This document shows positions 25,854-39,869 of a stretch of 64,000 nt of DNA, piece by piece. The stretch is taken from assembly GCA_028534125.1 (NCBI GenBank), contig CM052817.1, positions 105,898,001 through 105,962,000 on the forward strand. Reading direction: 5' to 3'. Origin of the DNA: Lama glama (Eukaryota). The translations under genes and the position numbers were made by a program. Below the pieces are notes generated by a model. It ran no database searches. It saw only the letters and a program-made list of their open reading frames with translations, and had not been told where the DNA came from. How positions within the stretch are numbered: the first letter of the stretch is position 1; each line of letters begins with the position of its first letter.

Positions 25854-27957
25854 CTAGGTACCTATGCCCAATTTTCAACAAAACACTGGGAGACATGGCA
25901 GAACACAAGGATAGGCATGGCCAAGGAGGCAAAGCAGCAGAACCAGACCCGGATATGCAGATGTGGGGATCAGACTGGGAACTTAAACTAAGATGAAAAT
26001 AACTAAGATTAATATACTAAATGCTCTAACAGAAAACATAGGGGACACGCAAAAACAAGTGGGTATGAAAGCATAAACATAGAAACTCTAAGAAAAGATC
26101 AAAGGAATACAACAGAAGTAAGAAACACTGTCAAATGAAGAATGCCTCTGATGGCCTAAGCGACAGCTTTCTCATGGCTAAGGAAGAATCAGTGAGCTTG
26201 AAAATAGGCCAATAGGAACATTCCTAACTGAAATTCAAAGCGATAAAAAAATGAATAAAATAGACCAGAACATCCAGGAACTGTAGGACAACATCAAAAG
26301 GCATGGTGTGAATGGGACAGGAACGCCGGAAAGAGACAAAAGAGAGAAGAAATATTGGATGTGATGGCACATGACAGACCACAGATTCAGGAAGCACAGA
26401 GAACATTAAACAGAATAAATACCAAAACAAAACCGAACACCAAAGAGAAACACACACTGGTATATTCAAACAGAAGGAAAACAAAACACAAAGATTGTAA
26501 AAAGCCAGGCCAAAAAAAGTAAAATAAAATAAAGCGCCTTCTATATAGAGACATGAGGATAAGAATTACTATAGACTCATCACTAGAAAGCATGAGAATA
26601 GACGGAAACATTTCAAGTGTTGAAAGAAAAAACCCCACCAACCAAAAATTTTCTATTAAGTGAAATTATCCTACAAAGTGAGGTGAGATAATTTCTTTTC
26701 CAAACAAACAAAAACTGAAGGAATTCATCTTCAGCAGACTTGCCCCACAAGAAATGCTAATAGAAATCCTTCCGGAAGAAGAAAAGTGATGTAGGTCAGA
26801 AACTTGGGTAAATAAAAAAAGAAGAGCATTGGAGAAGCCATAAATGAAGATAAAAAATATGTTTTCTTTTATCTATCTGATACAGAAGACAATGCTTTGT
26901 TTAAGGCAATGACAATGCCACTGTGTAGGTGATTATAGTGCATAGATTAGTAAAGCAAGTGGCAGTAAAGTCACCTGAGATGGGAGGGAGGAACTGGGAA
27001 TACTCTGGTGAAAAGTACCTGCACTTTCTGTGAGTCGGTGCTATGTGATGGTAGATTTAGCTTAGTTTAAAATGCTTACTGTAAACTTTGGAACAGCACC
27101 AAAAAATTACAAAGTGCAATGGATATGCTAAGAGAGGATATAAAATAATATCATATAAAAAATGACAAATATAACCACAAACATGACAAATATGAGACTA
27201 ACTATATCAACAATTGCTTTAAAATGAGTGATCTAACTACACCATATAAAAGACAGAAGTTCTTAGAGTCTATTTAAAAAAACACACGAGATCCAATTAT
27301 ATATCCAATTATATACTTTCTACAAAAGCCCACTTTAAAGATAAAGACTTAGGTTAAAAATGAAGTGACAGAGAAACATTTACCATGGGAGCAATCAAGT
27401 AAAGCTGGAGTCTCTGTGTTAATTTCAAACATATCAGACTTCAGAAATGGAAAACACAAAAGGGGCGTTACGCGATGATTAAGATGCCGATTCTCCAAAA
27501 AGACATCACAGTCCTAAACACTGATGCACCTGACAACACAGCTTCAAAATAGGAGGCAAAATTGATAGGAGAGAGAGAAAGACATCCACTGGAGTCGTGT
27601 GCATTCCTATCACTATGGTTAGATCAAGGAGGCAGGAAAAAAATCACTAAAGGTGGACATGACCTGAACAGCACCCATCAACACTGTCTAGTATGCATTT
27701 ATGGAAAAAAACAATACATTTAATAAGGCTTTAGTCAGACTACCAAGGAAAATGAGAAAGATGCGTATTAGCAATAGTAGAAATAACAGGGGTCATTAAT
27801 AATGATCTCATGAAGAGTAACGGGGTTATAAAGGAATACCATGAACAAGTCTATGCCTGCAAATTTGATAACGTAGATGAGATGGACCAACTAATTTCCT
27901 GAAAAGCACAATCTACCAAAACTCATACAAGGATATATAGATAACCTGAGCAGCTCT

Positions 27958-28619
27958 TAAGAAGCCTGGCTCCTGGGCAATCTAATGTGATTTTTCAAGC
28001 CTGCCCATAGGCAATTAATTACAAAGGCTTTACCTGGCAGGTCTCAGGGGAAAGCTGGCCTTTGAACTCGATGCAGAGACAATGAGTTGCAATTTCTGAA
28101 AAGCACTGCAGTCAAGAGCGATGGCCCTGCTGACTGGCCACGCTCTCGTGTGTAGCTGCCTTCCCAGCCCAGGTGTCTTCAGTTGTCCATCTCTTTATCT
28201 GGGGGTTTGGCTGAGACCTTCCTCAGGTGCCTGTGCTCAGACCTCTTTCTTAAGGGGAGGTAGACCTGAAAACCCTTTTCCTCACTCTGATTCAGCACTC
28301 AGTAATTTTCTACTCCTAATCACCACGCCAACCCGTTTCCTCTCTCCAACCTCAGGGTCCATAAAACTACAGGAGTCCTTTGGTTTTCTCTCCCATGAGA
28401 GTGAGCTGACCCCATCCTCTGTGCTGATGTATCTGCCCCTGAACCGACTCACTGACTCACAGGGGAAAACAGAATGGGGACGCGTTTAGCCTATTGCAGT
28501 CAGTGAGTGATTGAAGACATCACTGGTGCCTACTTTCATTTTGGCATGTTGTTGCTTTAACTGAGGACTCTGACACCTGGCTGTCTTGCTCGCTCCCCAG
28601 CTTAGCTGGGCTCCTGACA
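27958..28619 (+). mobile_element. ERVL-class solo LTR (MER74/MER54-like) inside L1 ORF2
   Basis: 5-bp TSD gctct at 27953-27957 and 28620-28624; ends cctgaca; L1 ORF2 resumes across it. Confidence 0.75.
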
Positions 28620-28984
28620 GCTCTATCTCTGTTATAGAAATGCAATCAATAATTAATAACCTTCACCAAAGGAAACACTAGGCCCAGATGATGTCACTAG
28701 TGAATCCACCTCATATTTATGAAAGAATAACACAGTTTCTCCATAATCTCCAGAAATGCACTTCCTAACTCTTGTATGAAGTCAATATTACTGGTGAAAA
28801 GCAGATAAAAAGACATTACGAAAAGGAAAGCTACAGACTAATGCCACTCATCAACTCAAATATAAAAAAACTGGAATCACAAAATGCACACACACAAGTT
28901 ATGCCCCGTGGACAAATAGAATGCAGTCCAGGAATGCAGGTGTCTTCAGCTGGGGGTCTCTTTGGGGACTTTGGCTGAAGGCTT

Positions 28985-29230
28985 CCTCTGGTCTGTTCTT
29001 TTACTAATGCCATGTTACTGTAGCTTGGTGTGCGGTCTTAAAACTGAGTAGTCTGCATCTTCCAATTTACTTTTCCTTCTTCAAGTTATTATGTTGACTA
29101 TTCAAGGTCTTTGCCTGTCCATATAAAATTTTTGTCATTTTGTTAATATCTGCCCGATAGCTTGCTGAGATAGTGACTGGAATGGTGTTTAATCCATAAA
29201 TTAAGCTGGGAGCAATGGCATCTTAACAAG
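28985..29230 (-). mobile_element. Old L1 ORF2 fragment, opposite orientation to the adjacent L1
   Basis: ttactgtagctt...ttcttcaag...ttccatata-like...gcatcttaaca motifs of antisense ORF2. Confidence 0.65.
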
Positions 29231-30109
29231 GTCAAAAGGATGGGCATTGTTATATATTTTACTGCCTGCTTTTATCCTTAACAATTTAAATATACTCCAG
29301 GGTTATTATATATTCATAGAGATTTATTGTTGGATGGAAGTACAATATTCTATTTGAAGACTATGATATAATTTCTTAATCCCATTTTCATACTTTTAAA
29401 TAGTTAATTGTTTTAACTCTGGTGAAATGATATGTAACAATCTAATGAATATTTGTAAGCATGCATCTTTGACCATAATTTATATTATGTAACTAAATTA
29501 CTGGAGGTAGAAATAACTGAATAAAATATGTGACCAAAATATGTGATATAATTTTACCATTGCAATACTTTTTAAAGAAAGTTTGGACTTATTTCAAATT
29601 TATCTGAGGGTAATGTGAATTTCTGCCTTAATCTGCCTTGGATAATAGTATTTATCACACTTATTAAATGTTTGCATACTTTATGTAATTAAATTTTCAA
29701 TGTTTGCATTGATGAAGTTGATCTTTTTTCCATATTCATCAGCCATTTCTAGTCATATTACTATTTGTTGCATCTTCTAAATCTTTATCAGTTTACCACT
29801 CTATTATTACTTAGTGAAAATTGCTCTATTGCTTCTTTGGAATTTTTTTCCAGAGCTTTCATTTTATTAATGCAGTTTTAATTTTATCGGAGAGCTTTCA
29901 TTTAAGTGAGATTTTCACATTGATTAATAGAATTAAGTATAATCTCTTAACAAAAGAAAGAAAAGGGTAAAGTAATCTAATAAAAATTGGTGTCAAACCA
30001 TAGCAGTGTATTTAATTACATTCTATTCAGGAGCATAGTGCTTTGGGTTTGCCAAATTGTACACCTTAACAAAGGGTTTTCAAATCCATTATGTTTTATA
30101 GACTAGCAT

Positions 30110-30610
30110 AATGCTTCAAGTGAGAACTCATTCCTAAACTAAAACTTTGTCAATAACTAACAATGTGTTTAATTTCATCGGGCTTCTGTTTCCTCTTTTT
30201 AAAACGATGGGGTGTATTTGCGATACCAGTGCATACCCCATAGGCTTATTAAGAGGATCAAATGAAAAACAAACAGATGTAGAAAGCAAACTTACAGTTA
30301 CCGGGGGAAAAGGGAGTGGGAAGGGATAAATTGGGAGTTCAATACTGCAGATACAAACTACTATATATAAAAGAGATAAACGAATTTCTATTGTATAGCA
30401 CAGGGAACTACATTCAATATCTTGTAGTAACTTACAAAGAAAAAGAATATGAAAACAAATTTATGTATGTATATGTATGACTGAAACATTATGCTGTAAC
30501 CCAGAAACTGACTCATTGTAAATTGACTATATGTCAATAAAAAGCAACCAACCAAACAAACAAACATGTTTTTCCCATGGAAAGCACTCAGTGAATGTGA
30601 TTTATGATAG
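30110..30610 (+). mobile_element. MIR interrupted by an L1 tail
   Basis: gggcttctgtttcctctttttaaaacgatgggg...aggatcaaatga on the left, aagcactcagtgaatgt on the right. Confidence 0.6.
30266..30565 (+). mobile_element. Young L1 3' UTR fragment (~0.3 kb)
   Basis: caaacttacagttacc...gtatagcacagggaactac...caataaaaa; flanked by aaacaaaca repeats. Confidence 0.92.
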
Positions 30611-31599
30611 AGCTGCTGCTACGAATAAAATGAGGACAATGGAGGACAAAGCTAATGTTATTGTACAAGAATGCTTACAACGTGCCTATAATGTACTTGG
30701 GACCATCATTTTATCATTAATACACACAGCTAAAACTTGTAGTGTTAGGGTGACTGCCAGTCTCCTCGCGTGTAAGCATCAGAACGCCGAAGAGATGCTG
30801 ATGTTCGAATCTTTGGCCGGTGCCTCCACCACGGTTCCAGAAAGTACAACCCTGAGCCAGTATTATCTTGGAACATAAGCTGCACATAGAGGATTCATAG
30901 GGTCAGAGCTTATTTTAGACAACTCTTGCTGCTTAAATAATCAGACCTCCAAGATAGATGATTCTTCATTTTAAGGTCTATCCTATATAATTCCGATCCT
31001 GTTCAGCATGTTCAGCAATAATCTCAGTGATACCATGGCAAGTTTTTGTCAAATCCGCAGATGATCCTCACCTCCAAGGGACAGCTGTCAATTTCGTGAG
31101 TAACAGAATCAAGGTACAGTGTATTTTTTTTAACATATTGATCACCGTGTCACCCAAATCTGAGTGGCAGTTGTGTTTCCTCAGGGGCCCCTGTCACCCA
31201 GATATGGGTGATGCTTTCCTTCATCCAATTATGCACAATTTATTCCGTGCAGAATAATGCCATTCCAAGAAGAAATAAAACTGCAAAAAGGTTGAAAATT
31301 AAAAATAAGAAATTGTTTTTTAAAAGAGTTCCAATTATACTGGAAACACAAACAGATTAGTTATAATGACGTATTGTTACTGCATCACACTGCAGTGAAG
31401 TGTGAATTTGGGCGCCGAATAAAAACACACCTAGTCCACAGCGGGCTATCAACGTGTTTAAAGGTGGAAAACTTAAATATTAATTGCTATGGAACAATAC
31501 AAGCAATATAACAAAATTCTGCAAAATCATATTATATTTGTAAATAAATGAGAATGGAGCAAAGAAAAATTAGTAATAATACTTGGTTACGGGACGAAG

Positions 31600-31830
31600 G
31601 AAAAAAAAACACTTTGTATGTTGACTGTATCATGATTTTAAAATAATATAACCATGTGATGTGCTGCTAAAACACAAAGCCAAAGCTATGTTACCGCCTA
31701 GATATTTAAAAAATTGTGTAAGCTCTATATCCAAGAACTCAATATAATGAAGGTGATAACAGCACATGTTAAAGTATATTCTTGACCATTAAGCACCATG
31801 TCATAGTGAGAAATTGATAAAAAGGAGTGG
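31600..31830 (+). mobile_element. Possible CR1/L3 LINE remnant
   Basis: tgtgatgtgctgctaaaa...gaaggtgata...gcaccat...attgataaa follows the motif order of recalled L3 3' sequence; very diverged. Confidence 0.3.
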
Positions 31831-32349
31831 ATTTTGGACACTCTATGATCTCAAAACCTTGATATATAAACTTTATAAAATAAACTAGGCATTTTTGATG
31901 GGCACAGAATAGTTCTTTAGTGTACTGACTATTTTAAGGTTTACAAATAGGGTGACATTTCAATCATTGGTCTTTAGGTCTTTAAAGTGATTACAGGTGG
32001 GAAAGTTAAAAGTCCAGAAACAAAAGTCGGTGTAGCATTGAGACCAGGAACAGAGATACTGGGCCCCACAGTATAGGTTTGAATCTGGCCCTTCGGTTCA
32101 GTATGTCACCAGTCTCAGGCTCTTAGCACCTGGAAGCAACCTGAATTAAACAGAGAAAAAGCTCATTCTGGTTTTGAGAGGACTACATTTTCCACCTGTA
32201 AGAAAACTATTCAAGACCCAAAACAAAACTTGTGCCCCCAGATTCCTGTGTCCATGCTGGGGGCTAATAAATGTCTCTCAGATCCCACAAAACACACATT
32301 TCACAAAGTCCCCCCAGGTAGAGCAAGGAGAAAATCAAAAAGGAATAAT

Positions 32350-33229
32350 TTGCAGGAGGGCAGAGTCAGGGTCTTCGGGGACCAAAGAAAGGATCTACTG
32401 CCATCGGGAGGCCTCCAGTCTCACTTAATCATCTGCCCAAAAGATCTCAGAATTGCTATAGACCAAATGCTTCATTTTCTCTTCTTCAGTTACCTGAATA
32501 AAGGCAATTATAGTGATCGTATTATTCCTGTTTCATCTACTGCAATTGAATACAGGTTAGGTCAAGCTTACATCTTTATTTCGTAAGTTTCTAGATCAAA
32601 GGGCACCATCTGGGTCTGATGAGGACATAACTGAGCACCCCTCACTGTTCCTGAACTTTAAATTGGATGCCATGTTACTGTCACTGCCCTGAGCTTTGGA
32701 GGTTGTTTCCTTTGGGGATGGGGTGGATATATTTTGCCTATGGGGAGAACTGAATATTTATTGATGGAAGGTAGATTGTCTCAACTATACTGCAATTAAA
32801 AAAAAATAAAATAAAAAAACCTCCAACAGGGAAGGTATCTGGGGAAATAAAAAAGGTAAATTGTCAGTGGAAATAATGCATTCATCAGGTATTTTCAACT
32901 CTGCCTTCTGGGTACATGGATGAACTTCCTGTCTTCCTTAACCTCGAGTGGTACCCAAGGTATGATATGTGAGTTGAGGTGTAAATATTACTTCTGAGCC
33001 AGAGCATTTAATTGGTTTGAGATCCTTCAGAGATTTATGTTGCTCCGTTACAGAAACCAGCAACATTCAAGGTTGCTTTATCATCCTAAAGAAATTCAGT
33101 GAGCACAGACCCCTTCCAACTGATAGCAGACACACGTGTGCAAAAAAGAGTCTTATTGTTTCAAGCCACTCATTGAAATCTTGGCATTTCTTTATACCAG
33201 ATAATACCTTGCCTATGCTGACAGATACA
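32350..33229 (+). mobile_element. MaLR: MLT1 internal 3' end plus MLT1I-like LTR
   Basis: Internal end motifs ggatggggtggatatattttgc; LTR ~32860-33229 with agagcatttaattg, attgtttcaagccact and terminal gctgacagataca. Confidence 0.7.
32781..32852 (+). mobile_element. Extremely short L1 tail insertion with extra 3' sequence
   Basis: tcaactatactgcaatt + A tract + unique 25 nt + aaataaaa, enclosed by 13-bp TSD aaggta(g/a)attgtc. Confidence 0.75.
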
Positions 33230-33247
33230 GGCAAAATGATAGAAAAA

Positions 33248-33440
33248 TAGGTAAGTAGGTAGGCAGGTAGGTCAATAGATAGATAGATAGATTTTATGTA
33301 GATATATCTAGATATGTGTGTATTCGTTTATCTAGATAAATCTAGATATATTACATGTATAGATATATATTTAGCTTGATATACATCTATTTATCCATGT
33401 GTTTATGCAAGCATATGCGTAGAGATATTTATACATATAT
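33248..33440. repeat. Degenerate (TAGG)/(TAGA)/(TA) simple repeat
   Basis: Directly visible. Confidence 0.8.
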
Positions 33441-34139
33441 TTAAGATGGAGAAATTCTAGTATGTTTATAGTTAGCCTGAATTATTAGAGAAAAAAATAG
33501 AACTCTGCTGGAGAAAGACTATGAAACTGATAGAATTGTGCTTTGCAGGGGAGGGAGGGAAAGGAACCTAAAATATGAGTGTAGACACTGGCTTTGATAG
33601 ACATCTGGGCCATTTATTCATAATAACAGAAAGAAAGTGGAAGGGAAGAGAAAAATGGTGCATTATCAACTAGACGACAATTGCAGAGAAGACAGGATGT
33701 CCTGGATAACAGCGGGAAATATAAAGATGAAAAAGTAGTCAGAGAAAAACCATATTGGGTGGGAATTTCAGAAGTTAGTAGAAATGGATTGTATAGGTAT
33801 TGAAGCACTTGAAGTTGTCTCTGAATTTCTAGTGTATGTGACTGGCATTTGCAATATTACTGATTTAGGTCGAACACAAAACAAAAATACAATGTGAATT
33901 ATTGCTGAGAAACGTGGCTGAGCAAAATGAAATAATCAGGTTTTACTGAAGGTGAACTAAAATTAATGCTATTCATTATCATTAAGTAGATAACAATAAA
34001 TGCCCATAACCCTCTGGATGGAATGAATAAACATTTTCTTTCTATAGGTTTTACTTCTTTAAACTGACATCATGATCACTGAACAAATAAACGAATAGGT
34101 AAATCTAAATATGTAAATTCTTTCGCAGGCTCGTTTTAC

Positions 34140-34295
34140 TTAATTCACCTTGTTTTCCAATCCTCAGAACAATCACACTAGAGAAGGAAGATGTTTCTCT
34201 TTTTAACGAAAAATAAAACAAGGCAGAGATTAGGTGCTTTACCCAGTTCACAGTTGATAAAAAGCAGAGGTGAATTTCCAGCTTCAGTCTGGATA
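34140..34295 (-). mobile_element. MIR fragment
   Basis: aatcctcagaacaatc...aaggcagagattaggtgctttacccagttcacag, antisense MIR core. Confidence 0.55.
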
Positions 34296-35559
34296 ATTCT
34301 GGATTCCGTGGTTGTGAACAGGACATTATGGGACCACATGTCTTACAATACAGATTTTTTTGTCTTTTTTTTTTTTTTAATAATTAAAGAAAGGCTCCCG
34401 CAAGCATTTAATCCTCTCTAGCACCTTGTTCACTAGTCACAAGTATCGGCAAGGTTGTTTGTTGCTCTGCAAAGTGGTACCTACCTTTACTGGTTAAGAT
34501 ATCCCTCGTCCCCTCCCCCCACCCTCCCATCCAAGAGAAGCACTTCAAATCATGTGACAAGGCAGCTCTTGTCCCCATAGGATCTACTGTCTTAGCCCCA
34601 CTGTCCTGCTTGGAGCTGCTGCCTACACCCATGTGACTATGTGGCCAGCAGGTCTGATTCTGTTCATGAAGCTATCTTGTTCAACTGTCATAACAAATGA
34701 CAATTGTCTAGCATTTGGATAATGGGTTTTTAAGTCATAAAAGACCTGACCATTTGTGGTCTGGATATTTATGCCTTCTTAATACAACCATAACTGGCTG
34801 GGGAAAAAATTGGGATTCTTTTAATCTCATAATCACCACTAATGCACATGCATTTTACATTGTAAAGTGTAAAGAACATTTTACCAGAAATCTCACTTGA
34901 GAATTTGGACCCCACAACAAACATCTGAAATGATTTATATAGATAAGCTGAGTTCCTATTTCCAGAGGAAGAATGAATTTTTAATCACACCGTGCAGAAT
35001 ATTGTCCTTTAAATTGCCACTGTATGCGGACTCTTAGACAAAGCAAGAGCTCTGAGAAGAACTTTCTTTTTTGAGCTTACAACAAACATATTTGTTGAAT
35101 TCAGTTAATAAATGACAAATTAAAAGGGAAACAAAAGGACAAAGCAGCTATTTGGATGGGCAGGTCAACAGTGGAAACTTTTAAATTCTATACATGAAAC
35201 AGTCCTTTGCCAGTGTGAACAAAATTAACGCTCATATAATTATGTTTTCCACCTCCTATATTAAACACGGGAAGTTAAAGAGGCAAACATCCAAACTTCA
35301 GTTTATATTAACACTTCGACTATCAGAGACTTCACAGAAGAAAACAAGTAAGCTGTGGTCAATTATCCAAATATAAAATTAAAAGTGAAAACTTTAAACA
35401 AGAACAACCGGTTACCTAAAGACCCATCTGACCTTGTGCCTTTCATCTTCAGAGTTGATTTTTAAAATGTTGATGTATAATTAACATAGAAGCATTTGTA
35501 TAAAAGAGTATTTTCCTAGTACTCTTTAATGCCACACTTATCAGAAATCAATTTTCCAG

Positions 35560-38500
35560 GTGTGAGTAGGATGGCTTCTAGTTTCTATATTCTATTTTAT
35601 TAGTCTCTTTGTTCTACCTTAAAATGAGAAGCACCGTTTAGTAAATCTAGTTTTTATAGGTCTTGATAAATTGTGTAAACCCTCGCATATTATTGTTCTC
35701 TGCAAAGATGTCTTAGCTACACTGGCCCTCTGTCTTTCCTTTTGTGTTTTAAAATCAATTTGTCCAACACAATCAAAATCAAGTAAATAAAAACTATTAA
35801 GAGTTTAGCTGTGTCCATATTGCATCTGTAGGTCAGTTATACAAGCATTGATATCTTCACAACATTGAGTTTCCAATGTATAATCATGGTATTTTTCCTT
35901 ATTCATTTAGGTAGATTAAAATTCCCTGAAATTTTTTCAACACATAGAGGGATCTTAAATATCTTTGGTAGCTTTATTTTCTAAGTATCTTTTTAATGTT
36001 ACTTTTTAAAATATCATTTAATAAGTGATGATATTCAAAAATTGATGTAGAAAACTGACTAAATTCCTGATTATTCTAATGTTAATAGATATTCTAAATT
36101 TGATATTTACATAGTTATAATGTCTGGTAATGTGGTTCTTTTTCTTTCTAATATTTATATAATTTATTTTTTCTTTCTTTAAGGGAATGTCTGAAACTCA
36201 ATAAAATGTATGATAGCTCTGTTGCTAGTGAGCATTTTTGTCTCATTTATGATCTCTGAGAGAAAGCTTTCAAAAATTCACCAGCAAGTATGATGTTTGC
36301 TGAAGGATTTTTTTAAATAGAAATTCCCTATTAAGATTAAGGGACATTAAGGGAGTTCTCAACTATTTATTAAATGGCTTTCCACACATACGGAAAAGTT
36401 TATGACTTTTATTTGTTTTGTTAATGTGATAATTTTATAAATACATTTTCACATATTGTAAGAACTTAGCGATGGATGAACCTAATTTGCTTTATGATGC
36501 AATATAAATATATCCTTGCTATTTAAAAGGAATTGACTTTTTCATATTCTGTCTAGAGTTATCACGTCTATGTTCATGAAGAATTTGGCCTCCGATTTTA
36601 CTTTCCTATTAATATCTTTGCAGGATTTGGTAGTAAGACTATAAGAATCGATAAAACACACTAGGGAAAAAAATCCATCTTTTTCTATTCTTTGAAATTG
36701 TCATAAAATTGTCATTCATTTTCCTTTAAATGTCTGGTAGAAGTGACCAGGGGACAAACTGAGCCTGAAATCTTCTTTATGAAAAGGGTTTTAATTAAGA
36801 TTTATTCCATTTAAAAGTTATAGGACTATTTATATTTCTTGCATGCCTGTTTTTAGCAGTTTTTTTTACTAGGAATAATCAATTCTATTTACCTTTTCTA
36901 ATTTATTCATGTGATGTCCTTTATACTATCTGCATCTTATCTCTGATGCCTTTCTGATATGTTGTAATGCCTTCCTTGTGACTACTTATATTTGATATTT
37001 ACATCTTCCTTTTTTTTTAATTCCTGATCAATCTTCCCAATTCTTTACTGTTTTATTTTTAACAATGTTAATTTAATTTTCTTTATATATTTATTTTATA
37101 TACTTAAATTTACTTCAATTTTAAAAAATAAATGTTCTCCTTTCTACTCTGTATTCATTAATGTGACGGTCTTGGGGTTGACGTGTAGGTCAGTGACTTT
37201 TAGCCTTTTTTCTTTTTAATATATTTAATGAAGGCTCTTAACTCTCTTTTAATCATTCCTTTATCTGTATTCCACATTTATCTGTACTCCGCTTGAAGTA
37301 TAACATTCATGCAGTAAAGTACTTAAGGTTCACTAATCTTTAATACACAGATGTATTTTCTTTTTCAAAAATATCCATCTATATAAACAGAACTCAGATG
37401 AAAATATACGGTTCCTAGAAGAGCCAGAAGTTCCTTTGTACCACTTTCAGAGCAATTGGACCCTATTATTAGTGTAATCAATCATCTGATTTCTATATCT
37501 ATTTCTATATCTTTCCCTGTTTTCCTGTGATGGAAATTTAAATTTATGGAATATGCTGTTTTAATTTTATCACAATAGACTATCTCTAAAATTCATTCAT
37601 GTTGCTCTGTGTATTAGTGTATTCTTCTTTTCTGTTTCCTTTTTCTTTTTTTTTGTTTCTTTTTTGAGAATTATGTTTCATTTGGCAACAGCCTCTCAGA
37701 TAACTCTGAAGGACTGCTCCCTGTTTTCTTATTTTCTTGTTTTGTAATATTCTCTTATATAAATGTGCCATAAGTCATTAGTCTATTTGCCTGTTGACAA
37801 ACATTGTGCTATTATGAATAATGTTACAAACATTCTTGTATATGTCTTTTTGGTGCACATGGGCACTTGTTGCTTTTGTTACTTTTTATGTAGGAGTAGA
37901 ATTGTCTTTGTCATAGATTGAATATAAATTTACACTTAGTAGATATTATCAAAGAGTTTTCCATAGATGTTACACCAATTGGCGTTGCAACCTGCAATGA
38001 ATGATTGTTATGAGTTACTCATATTTTTAATTTTAGCCTTTCTATATTTTCCTGGTAAGTATATTAAGCACCTTTTCACATGCTTATTAGCTGTGTGGTT
38101 ATCCTCTTTCGTGAAATGCAAGTTCAAATCCTTTACCTAATTTTTGAATTTAATTGTTTGTCTCTTCCTTATTGACATGTAGGAGTTCTTTAAAATATCT
38201 GGATGATTCATTTGTTTGATGCATGTTGCATGAAAATGTTTATTTTATCTATTATTACCCTTTTTATCTTCTTAATTGTCTCTGTTGAAGTAAAGATTTT
38301 TTTAATATTAATGAAGGCTAATTTATCAAACTTTCCCTTAAATGATTAGTGTTTTTTGTGTTTTTATATATATATATAAGATATATATATATCACCACCT
38401 TAATGTCATTATGTTGTCTTATTTTTCTTGTGTAAAGCTTTATGTATTTTATTTCATATTTATTTAATTTATCACAAAGTAATTTCTATATTAATATTAG

Positions 38501-39050
38501 GTGGAGGTTAATATTTATTTGTTCTCTCTACAGATTGACTCAATGTAATCACTAAGCAAATTGTCTTTTCTTTTCCAAAATTTATTTTTGGGCCTATTTC
38601 TGCATTTTGTATTCTATTAAATTCTCTATTTGCTTATTCTTGCCCTAGTAACATACATATTGTGGCTTCAGAGTAAATCTGGAATTATAGTTGTACATTA
38701 CTCCAACTTTGTGATTCTTCAAGATTTTCTTAGAGACCCTAGGTGCTTAATATTTTCACATTATTTTTAAGACAAGCTTACCAATTTTTACAAAAAGGTC
38801 TCGAAAATTTATGAGATTGCATTGAATCTATATACCAATTTGGGAAGTTTAGATCAGCAAATATTATCACCCTAATTCCTAAACAAGGTATAGTTTTCCA
38901 TGTATTTAGGTCTTCTTTAATTTACTTATTATCAATGTTTTGTTATTTTCGGTTAGAGATATCACACATACTTGAATGCATTTATGCCTAGGTACTTTAT
39001 GGTTTTGATACTATGGTATTTTAATTTTTAAAAATTGTCATTTTTTTTTT
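35560..39050 (-). mobile_element. Two or more very old L1 (L1ME-like) fragments
   Basis: T-rich antisense ORF2 motifs (agaaagctttcaa...caccagcaagtatgatgtttgctg; tttaggtcttcttta; gagattgcattgaatctata). A second element begins with a 3' end near 37290. Confidence 0.75.
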
Positions 39051-39712
39051 TAGATATTTGAAATAGTTAGGTATATGTTCATTAAATGGTAAACTTTTCA
39101 CCTATACCTATTTTTTACCTTAAATAAATGGTTTCCCTGCCAGATAATGGATTCTATAGCAAATAAAATATACTATTTGATATTTATTTAGAAGGAACTT
39201 GAAAGCATTGTATATTCTGTAAATTTTCTATTTACTACAGTATCTGTATGAATATTGCGATTTTGTGTCAAAGCGAATATCCTTTAACCACTGTCTCTTT
39301 CCAGCTGCCAGACCTGTGTGCTATTGCTCAAAATATATGTAGATTCTTTCATGAATATATTTCAATGAAAATTATGTTTTAAAAATTTAAGAGAATGAGA
39401 TTATATAAAATTCCTTTAAGGTTTTTAAGTCTTCTTAAAGGTTCTCTTTCTTTCTTTCTTCCTTACTTCCTTTCATTCTTTCTTATTTTTCTTTCTTCAA
39501 GTATATTTATACATTTATTTAGAAAGGAGATTTGACACTGGTCAATCACAAGAAGCATTTATTCCAAACACTATATAGAGCATAGTCTCATGTTAAATTA
39601 ATGAAAACACTGAGAGATTCTTATTTAATTGTGTGTCAATTTTCTTTTTTTTAACCTAAAATTAGACAGGCTGTCATTTTTGTATATTTTCACATTTGCA
39701 AGGTTCTTGAAG

Positions 39713-39846
39713 TGTTGTTGTTGTTTGTGGCTGGGGCAGGGAAGTAATTAGGTGTATTTATTTTTAAAGGAAGTACTGGGGATTGAACCCAGGACCTCCT
39801 ACATGCTAAGCATGCACTCTATCACTTGAGCTATACCCTCCCCCTT
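39713..39846 (-). mobile_element. Vic-1-type camelid SINE
   Basis: ggggattgaacccaggacctcctacatgctaagcatgcactct...gagctataccctccccc; TSD aaggttcttgaag/aagcttcttcaag. Confidence 0.93.
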
Positions 39847-39869
39847 AAGCTTCTTCAAGCCTTAAGGGC

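Larger units (their letters stand above)
24430..28940 (+). mobile_element. Old L1 5' portion (5' UTR, ORF1, start of ORF2), interrupted by two LTRs
   Basis: ORF1-like A-rich region 25.9-26.8 kb, endonuclease-region motifs 27.2-27.7 kb, aaatttgataacgtagatgagatggac, and ccaggaatgcagg (PGMQ of the RT N-terminus) at the right end. Many stops and frameshifts. Confidence 0.85.

Noticed and set aside
28121..28489. 122-aa ORF
   Set aside because: Lies entirely inside a solo LTR.
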